A stretch of DNA of 51,451 nucleotides from an uncultured Clostridium sp. (GTDB lineage: Bacteria > Bacillota > Clostridia > TANB77 > CAG-508), in the NCBI GenBank assembly GCA_946578345.1, contig CAMOBD010000003.1, positions 1 through 51,451 on the forward strand. The letters run 5' to 3'. How positions within the stretch are numbered: the first letter of the stretch is position 1; each line of letters begins with the position of its first letter. Made by a program: the position numbers and the translations under genes. This document shows positions 45,476 through 51,451 of this stretch, in pieces. The notes under the pieces are model-generated. The model had not been told where the DNA came from. It saw nothing but the letters and a program-made list of their open reading frames with translations, and made no database searches.

Positions 45476-47788
45476 ATGAAATTTACAACATCTAAAAAAT
45501 TAGATTCTTCTCTTTTAGGAGAAAGAGTTATAAAAGAATATTCTTTTACTGATTCTACAAGCGAAAGCAATGATAGAATGAGAAGGGGTTATAACTATAC
45601 AGTTCATTGTAAAGTCTTTGGAACAATAGAAAATGAAACTAGAAACGAAGATGGTACATATACTTATGATTATTCATCAAGAGTTTTGAAAGACCATGAT
45701 CAATATGGCGATGGATATAGAAAACCAAGTGAATCAAAATATGATTTAAGCGAAATGGTCGAAGAATTATTGTTTAAATATAATATACATGAGTTTTCAA
45801 CAGAACTACAAGAAGAACCTAATAATATAAAAGATTATTATGCTGCTATTAATGCAAATTCAACTTATCAAAAGAATAAAGAACCATATTTCTCATATAG
45901 TTGGTCAACTTATAGCAAAGATAGAGAAGATTATACAAAATCTGATAATACATTATGGTCATCTTATGAAAAAATTAAATCAGAATCAATTGAAGATATT
46001 AATGCTCAGTTAAATGGTACTTTTTCAAAAGATGATTATATACTATATTTAATGGGGAATGAAGTTAAAAAGACTTATCAAATGAAATTGGGATTAGATG
46101 AAATTGGAGAAAATGAAACTGTTAGAAACTTTTTAGGAAAAATGTCATTAGAACCTCCTAAATTTTCTAATTTTGAAAATGCTTTGCAAGAAAATGTAAT
46201 ATCTATGGAAGATATTAAAAATTGCATTCTTAAACATAATAATTTAAGTGCAAAAGAAATACCTCCTTATTTATTAGAGCAATTATTTAGTGAAGATAAA
46301 GAATTGATATCTCATTTTAACGAAAGAGAAATGCCGATAGATATTTTAAGAAAATATAGTCCAAATTTTGATATTACTAAAGTAAGCCCAAGTGATTTAA
46401 AACCAAGTGATTTAGATAATGTTTTACAAAACGTTATTCAAACTCATTGCATTTTAGGAATTTATAACGGATCTTCTAAAGAAGAACTACAACAAGGATA
46501 TTTAGAATATTTACATGGATTTTATGATAATCCTGATGCATTAAGAAAAATTATACCAGTTATAAATACTTCACCAGAATATTTCTTTGCAAGTCAAGCT
46601 GAAGATTTTATTAGTCAAATATCTCCCGAAGTTTTAGAGCCAAATGAAATAAGAGATATTTTATTAGATACAAAAAATATAGCTTTAGATCAATTACTAA
46701 AATATCAATTAGATTATGATACAAATTCAGCAAAAAAACTTATGGATATTTTAAGCAATACAACATCACGAACTTCATTAAAAGATATAAATTCTGTTTT
46801 AAACATATTGCAACAAAATGGAATAAGTAATGATGAAATACTACAAGCATTAAGAATAAATGGGTTTAATATAAACATAAGTAGTTGGCAAGAGGACAAA
46901 GACCTAATACAAGAATTTAAAAGTCTAGGAATAGAAGGAATAATTTTAGATGATTTAAGAGATAGCATTTTAAAATATAAAGATTTTAACTTCATAAAGT
47001 TAACCACTGATATCAAGCCTGAAGAAATGACTAGAGAATACAATAGTTTATTGAATGAATTATCAGAGAAAAAAGGTAAAAAGAATGGTAAAGATGCTAA
47101 GAGATATGAAGAAATTTTTGAATTAATGTGTGATTATTCAAATGCTACTGAATTATTTTCAAAATTAGCACCAGAGGTCAAAAATTTAACAAAAAAATTA
47201 ATGATAGAAAATTTAGATGTGATTGAAACATTACAAAAAAATCCTATTGGATATTCTAGTGGATTTTCAAAAGTTATGAAAGTTATGACTCAATCATTTG
47301 AAATTTCAGAAGAAGATATGACGAATATTTATATGAAGTGCTTAAATAATGGTGTTTCAAAAGAGGAAGCTCTTAGTGCATTGCAACAATATATGCCAGA
47401 AGAGGAAAGAAAAAGCTTTGAAGAAAGAATTAATAGTGCTAATATCTATCCTAACCCTAAATATTTCTGGTTAGCTGATAAAAATTTAAGAAGAATTAGA
47501 GTAAATAGAGGAGAAAATAGAAATACAATAAAAAGTAAAATTCAAGCAGATGGAAGGTGTTTCTCTACAAGATTAAAAACTGATATGACAGGAGAAAGCA
47601 AAGAAGGAAAGAAAATTGCTGTAAATAATTTATCTAAATGGTTATTTGGTGTTCCAGGAGTAAGGGGAAATTTAACAATTACACGTGCAGGAGATTATAT
47701 CCAATTGCCTGGAAATACACCTGATGAAGCAGTAGAATTAATTAAAAGTATTTTACAAGAAAGAACTATGGAAGCGCACTCTAAATAA
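45476..47788 (+). CDS. large hypothetical protein
   Basis: 770-aa ORF with AGGAG RBS; no recognised family. Confidence 0.75.
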   Translation: MKFTTSKKLDSSLLGERVIKEYSFTDSTSESNDRMRRGYNYTVHCKVFGTIENETRNEDGTYTYDYSSRVLKDHDQYGDGYRKPSESKYDLSEMVEELLFKYNIHEFSTELQEEPNNIKDYYAAINANSTYQKNKEPYFSYSWSTYSKDREDYTKSDNTLWSSYEKIKSESIEDINAQLNGTFSKDDYILYLMGNEVKKTYQMKLGLDEIGENETVRNFLGKMSLEPPKFSNFENALQENVISMEDIKNCILKHNNLSAKEIPPYLLEQLFSEDKELISHFNEREMPIDILRKYSPNFDITKVSPSDLKPSDLDNVLQNVIQTHCILGIYNGSSKEELQQGYLEYLHGFYDNPDALRKIIPVINTSPEYFFASQAEDFISQISPEVLEPNEIRDILLDTKNIALDQLLKYQLDYDTNSAKKLMDILSNTTSRTSLKDINSVLNILQQNGISNDEILQALRINGFNINISSWQEDKDLIQEFKSLGIEGIILDDLRDSILKYKDFNFIKLTTDIKPEEMTREYNSLLNELSEKKGKKNGKDAKRYEEIFELMCDYSNATELFSKLAPEVKNLTKKLMIENLDVIETLQKNPIGYSSGFSKVMKVMTQSFEISEEDMTNIYMKCLNNGVSKEEALSALQQYMPEEERKSFEERINSANIYPNPKYFWLADKNLRRIRVNRGENRNTIKSKIQADGRCFSTRLKTDMTGESKEGKKIAVNNLSKWLFGVPGVRGNLTITRAGDYIQLPGNTPDEAVELIKSILQERTMEAHSK

Positions 47789-47792
47789 TAAT

Positions 47793-47829
47793 AAAGCAGG
47801 TTTGCAATAATTTGTAATACCTGCTTTTT
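47793..47829. terminator. intrinsic terminator
   Basis: AAAGCAGGT...ACCTGCTTTTT. Confidence 0.7.
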
Positions 47830-47900
47830 GATTTAGTAAATAGAGTATATGAATTCATTTATATTTTTACCTATATATGCAATGCATAAAATCAAGCTAT

Positions 47901-47933
47901 TTGTGCAATTAGGGTCTGTCCCCAATTGCACAA
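47901..47933. repeat. REP-like palindrome overlapping the GGDEF gene stop codon
   Basis: TTGTGCAATT-AGGGTCTGTCCCC-AATTGCACAA. Confidence 0.6.
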
Positions 47934-48871
47934 GCTGTATTTTCATTTCTCCTATCTATTGAATATGCACTTCCCATTGTAGTTTTTGCTAAATGTTTTA
48001 CTTGTGCTCCAACTTCTCCTATTTCTAGGACATTATGGAATCTGCCTTTATGTGCTACTACAACTCCTATTGAAATTGATGTTAAAGGAAATTGTTCTAA
48101 TATGCATTTTCTATTTGGTACTTCTAGATATCCTCTCTCAACATCGTCGTCGTTGAAATATTTAACTACTCCTTTATCAAATTCTGCTATAATGTTTTGA
48201 CATATTGCTTCAAAATCGTCTTCACATGATACTATTGCTACGAAGTCGTCTCCTCCAATATGACCTACAAATGTATTTCCACTTACTGATAACTTATCTA
48301 TGTTATCTACTATTGTTCTTGCAGTAAATTTTATTATTTCATCACCATTTAGAAATCCATATACATCATTGTATGCTTTGAAGTTGTCTAAGTCTAAGTA
48401 AAGCATTACAAAATCTTCTTTATTTAGCAGTCTTTTTTTCATCTCTGCTTGTATTTGAACATTTCCTGGAAGTCCTGTAAGAGGACTTACTCTCCTATTT
48501 GTGTCTAGTAGTCTAATTACATTCTTTATTGTATAATACAAATATTCTTTGTCTACTGGAGCTTTTATATAATGCTCAACACATTCTTTCAAAACTTCTA
48601 CTCTATGCTCTTTTTCCTTATTTGATGATACTACTATAATTGGTGTAATACTATTATCTTCATTCATTCTTATTCTTTTGCACACTTCTATAATATTTTC
48701 ATCAATTTCATCTTCATTTATTATGATAAGTGATGGTATATTTTTAAGTGCTTCATCAATTTTTTCTGTGTTAACTTTCTTTAATTTAAAATCTTTTTCT
48801 TTGCTAAATAGCTCAGAAATGGTGCTTTTTAAACTGTTACTATTATCAATTATATATAGTTCCTGTGCCAT
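47909..48871 (-). CDS. receiver-like domain + GGDEF diguanylate cyclase
   Basis: SPLTGLPGN, DLDNFKAYNDVYG..GD, GHIGGDDF. Confidence 0.85.
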   Translation of the reverse strand: MAQELYIIDNSNSLKSTISELFSKEKDFKLKKVNTEKIDEALKNIPSLIIINEDEIDENIIEVCKRIRMNEDNSITPIIVVSSNKEKEHRVEVLKECVEHYIKAPVDKEYLYYTIKNVIRLLDTNRRVSPLTGLPGNVQIQAEMKKRLLNKEDFVMLYLDLDNFKAYNDVYGFLNGDEIIKFTARTIVDNIDKLSVSGNTFVGHIGGDDFVAIVSCEDDFEAICQNIIAEFDKGVVKYFNDDDVERGYLEVPNRKCILEQFPLTSISIGVVVAHKGRFHNVLEIGEVGAQVKHLAKTTMGSAYSIDRRNENTACAIGDRP

Positions 48872-48993
48872 TTTTTTCATCCTTTCATGCAATTGTATTT
48901 TTAGAAAATAAAAATATTATATCTGTTTAACAAGTCTAAACTCATATATTCTACTCATAAAGCTATTTTTTTGCTTTTTAATTCATAGTCACA

Positions 48994-49791
48994 TTACTTT
49001 TCGAACTTTTTATCTTTTAACTCTTTAATCTTTTCCTTTAACTCACTTAGTTCTATTTTTTGCTTCATAAATTTAGATATATTCTCTGAATTCATCTCAG
49101 GGAAAGCATTTTTGAGTCTTACGATCCTTTTGTATAATTTAAATTTTAATATAGCTTGCTTTTCTTTTAATTCATTTATAAATTGTTGTGCATTTTCTTT
49201 AGATAGCTTTTCTTTATATTCTGTCTCTTTGAATTCTTTGATTTTCTCTTTTAGAGTATCTCCTATTTCAAATACTTGTCTTATTTTCTTGTCAATAAAC
49301 ATTATTCTATAAATTGTTATTGATGTATCTACTATTATTGCAATACACAAAATAATATTTGTATATCTTAATATATCGCTTGGAATTAAATTTGTCAAAT
49401 TTTCTATTATTGGGTGAATAATAAATATTAGAAAAACCCCTAATATACCCCAATATATAGAATTCTTTAAGCAAACTCTTCCTTGTATGTTAAATTTCAA
49501 ATCTGAATAGTCCCAATACTTAGTTTTGAATAATTTTTCTAGTATCACTGCAACAATATATTCCCAAATTGAAAATACTAGAAAAGATATTAGAAAGATT
49601 ACTATTATGTTGTTAGAAATCTCTCCTATTGATGTCATAAGTACTGCTCCTATCCCATACATTGGGCAAAATGGTCCATACAGAAAGCCACTATTAACTG
49701 GCTTTCTTAGGCAAATAGTTTTATAGATTGATTCTAAACACCACCCTAAAAACGAATATATTATAAAATAAAATATTAATTTATCCTGCAT
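48994..49791 (-). CDS. CmpB-like putative ABC transporter permease family membrane protein
   Basis: YSFLGW..E, GFLYGPFCPMYG, EY, WDYS..NIQGRVCL. Confidence 0.85.
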   Translation of the reverse strand: MQDKLIFYFIIYSFLGWCLESIYKTICLRKPVNSGFLYGPFCPMYGIGAVLMTSIGEISNNIIVIFLISFLVFSIWEYIVAVILEKLFKTKYWDYSDLKFNIQGRVCLKNSIYWGILGVFLIFIIHPIIENLTNLIPSDILRYTNIILCIAIIVDTSITIYRIMFIDKKIRQVFEIGDTLKEKIKEFKETEYKEKLSKENAQQFINELKEKQAILKFKLYKRIVRLKNAFPEMNSENISKFMKQKIELSELKEKIKELKDKKFEK

Positions 49792-50764
49792 AATTAAACT
49801 CCGTTGAACCCTCTGCTGAAAGTCCATTAACATTTGTAAGTTTTATACTTATAGTATTTGTACCTTGGACTAAATCTAATGAAAATCTTGCTTCAGTTCT
49901 ATTTACATCATTCATTAAATACACTTGTCCATTTAAATTTACTTCTATTGATTGAATTCCATCTGCATCTGCTGCATCTATAATTATTTTACCTGGAACA
50001 CTCTCTATATCTATACTTCTGATTGTTGGTCTTTCTGCCGATATTATAATTGTTGATTCCGCTTCTTCTGTATTGCCTGATGTATCAACTGCTGTAACAT
50101 ATACTGTGTGCTCTCCTCTACCAATTTCTTGCTCTGTAAGAGCATACTCGATGCTTGTATCTCCTTCTGCATTTTTATCAATTCTTATATCTTGACCATC
50201 ATCAATTCTGTACATCATGTATTCTATTCCAGTTTCATCATTTGCTGTGATTCTAACACTAGTTTCTTGTTTTGCTATATCTATTGAAGGTTTTGTTATA
50301 TCTATTCCATCTAATATTATTTCTTTTGTATATGTTACAGCTCTTCCTGTTTCATCTTCTAAAACAATTGTAAGCATATTGTTCTCACTTGGCAAAACTA
50401 TTTCTCTTTGCACACTAGTTGAATTCTCAGGATATGTTGTCATCTCAGAATTCTGCCAAAAATAATTAAATTCATCTATAACATATACGCTCTCTACATT
50501 TACTATCAAAGTGTCATTCTTTCTTGTTATAGTTACTTTAGGCAAATCATCTGTATTATTACCTTTTGCATCAACATACATAGCATATGAACTATGTCCA
50601 ATTATACATAATGAAAATAAAATAATAACTACAGCAAAAAATCTTAGTATATTTTTTATTTCAATAGGTCCAGTGTTTGTCCCTCTTGGCATCTTAGTTT
50701 TTTTCTTTTTTTCCTTTTTATTTTTCTTACTTTTATTATTCTCAACCATTAAAATTTGATTCAT
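49781..50764 (-). CDS. membrane-anchored protein with Ig-like beta-rich domains
   Basis: Lys-rich N-terminus, one TM segment, GEHTVYVTAVDTSGN and GTNTISIKLTNVNG. Confidence 0.75.
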   Translation of the reverse strand: MNQILMVENNKSKKNKKEKKKKTKMPRGTNTGPIEIKNILRFFAVVIILFSLCIIGHSSYAMYVDAKGNNTDDLPKVTITRKNDTLIVNVESVYVIDEFNYFWQNSEMTTYPENSTSVQREIVLPSENNMLTIVLEDETGRAVTYTKEIILDGIDITKPSIDIAKQETSVRITANDETGIEYMMYRIDDGQDIRIDKNAEGDTSIEYALTEQEIGRGEHTVYVTAVDTSGNTEEAESTIIISAERPTIRSIDIESVPGKIIIDAADADGIQSIEVNLNGQVYLMNDVNRTEARFSLDLVQGTNTISIKLTNVNGLSAEGSTEFNYAG

Positions 50765-50848
50765 TAGTTTTCCTCCATTATATTTGAAATTATATCACAC
50801 GGGGATTTTAATGTAAACATTTATGTGGAAAAAATTTGCAATACAATA

Positions 50849-50884
50849 AAAAGGAACTTGAAAATAATTTCAAATTCCTCTTTT
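50849..50884 (-). terminator. intrinsic terminator
   Basis: GGAACTTGAAA/TTTCAAATTCC stem with A/T tails. Confidence 0.55.
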
Positions 50885-50889
50885 ATTTA

Positions 50890-51450
50890 TTATAATACAA
50901 ATTTCTTGATTAATATAACTCCACCTGCTAGTAATACTAGTACTGCTGTTATTACTCCTATATAATGTTCTCCTACGCCTGTTACTATTGATAATACTAC
51001 TGATGCATCATCTATGTCATCCTCTCCTGGTACATAGTTATCTGGTGTTGAGTCTATATCATCATCGCTGTCTTCTGAAATTTCTGCCCAGTTGGTTTTT
51101 ACACCTAGGTTGTTTTGTCCATTTATCCATCTTAATGTTATTTCTACTTCTGCACTTTCTCCTGGCTGTAATAAGGTATCTGCTAACTCATCTGTTGTTA
51201 CTGTTTTTTCATCTTCTGATAATGTCCAATGTTCATTATTGTCTTCTGCTTTAAATTCTAGTCCTTCTGGTATATAATCTTTTACTTCATATGCATATCC
51301 TGCCTTATTTCCTTCGTTTGTTATTCTTATTCTATACGTGAACTTGATTACTGATGTTTGTATTTTGTGGTTTCCTAATTCTACCTTTACTACTGCCTCT
51401 GGGTCATCCTCAAATGTGTGTCCAGTTTCTTCTACTGTTGTTTTTCCGTC
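50890..51450 (-). CDS. C-terminal part of a cell-surface protein (DUF11-like domain, TM anchor); 5' end lies outside the window
   Basis: Open frame ..FTYRIRITNEG..VKDYIPEGLEF..NWAEIS..DSTPDN..SIVTG + hydrophobic segment + KKFVL*. Confidence 0.8.
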   Translation of the reverse strand, partial: DGKTTVEETGHTFEDDPEAVVKVELGNHKIQTSVIKFTYRIRITNEGNKAGYAYEVKDYIPEGLEFKAEDNNEHWTLSEDEKTVTTDELADTLLQPGESAEVEITLRWINGQNNLGVKTNWAEISEDSDDDIDSTPDNYVPGEDDIDDASVVLSIVTGVGEHYIGVITAVLVLLAGGVILIKKFVL

Positions 51451-51451
51451 T

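Noticed and set aside
1-51451. tRNA or rRNA genes
   Set aside because: No cloverleaf or rRNA-like sequence recognised by eye; a tRNAscan/Infernal run would be needed to exclude them fully.

Overview
AT-rich chromosomal window from a spore-forming Clostridia-like bacterium. The backbone carries a DUF3800 gene with a convergent promoter-driven small RNA and a ~2800-aa cyclic beta-1,2-glucan synthase/GH94 protein behind a sigmaF-like promoter. It also carries two AAA_14/DUF4143 ATPases, each with an upstream tandem repeat array, a block of hypothetical/Sel1/HopA1-like genes, a MoxR-vWA pair, a 2H-phosphoesterase/DHH-like fusion, a GGDEF protein and surface/membrane proteins. The centre is an ~18.1-kb integrative mobilizable element (two serine recombinases, TnpW-like ORF, DUF6076, a sugar-modification cluster, relaxase/MobC/oriT, Rep-like HTH, and an N6-MTase + MBL hydrolase pair). 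It splits the spore germination amidase gene cwlD at an 11-bp duplicated core (CCGTTCATCTG). The most striking observation is that even precise excision leaves cwlD out of frame by one C, at GAA-CGG-T, and the DUF6076 gene has the same single-C break at ATT-CGG-C. In both, skipping the C of an in-frame CGG gives a GGN Gly codon and a full-length protein, and in-frame CGG is otherwise almost absent here. This points to possible CGG-triggered +1 recoding. All family calls come from motif recognition by eye, not database searches.
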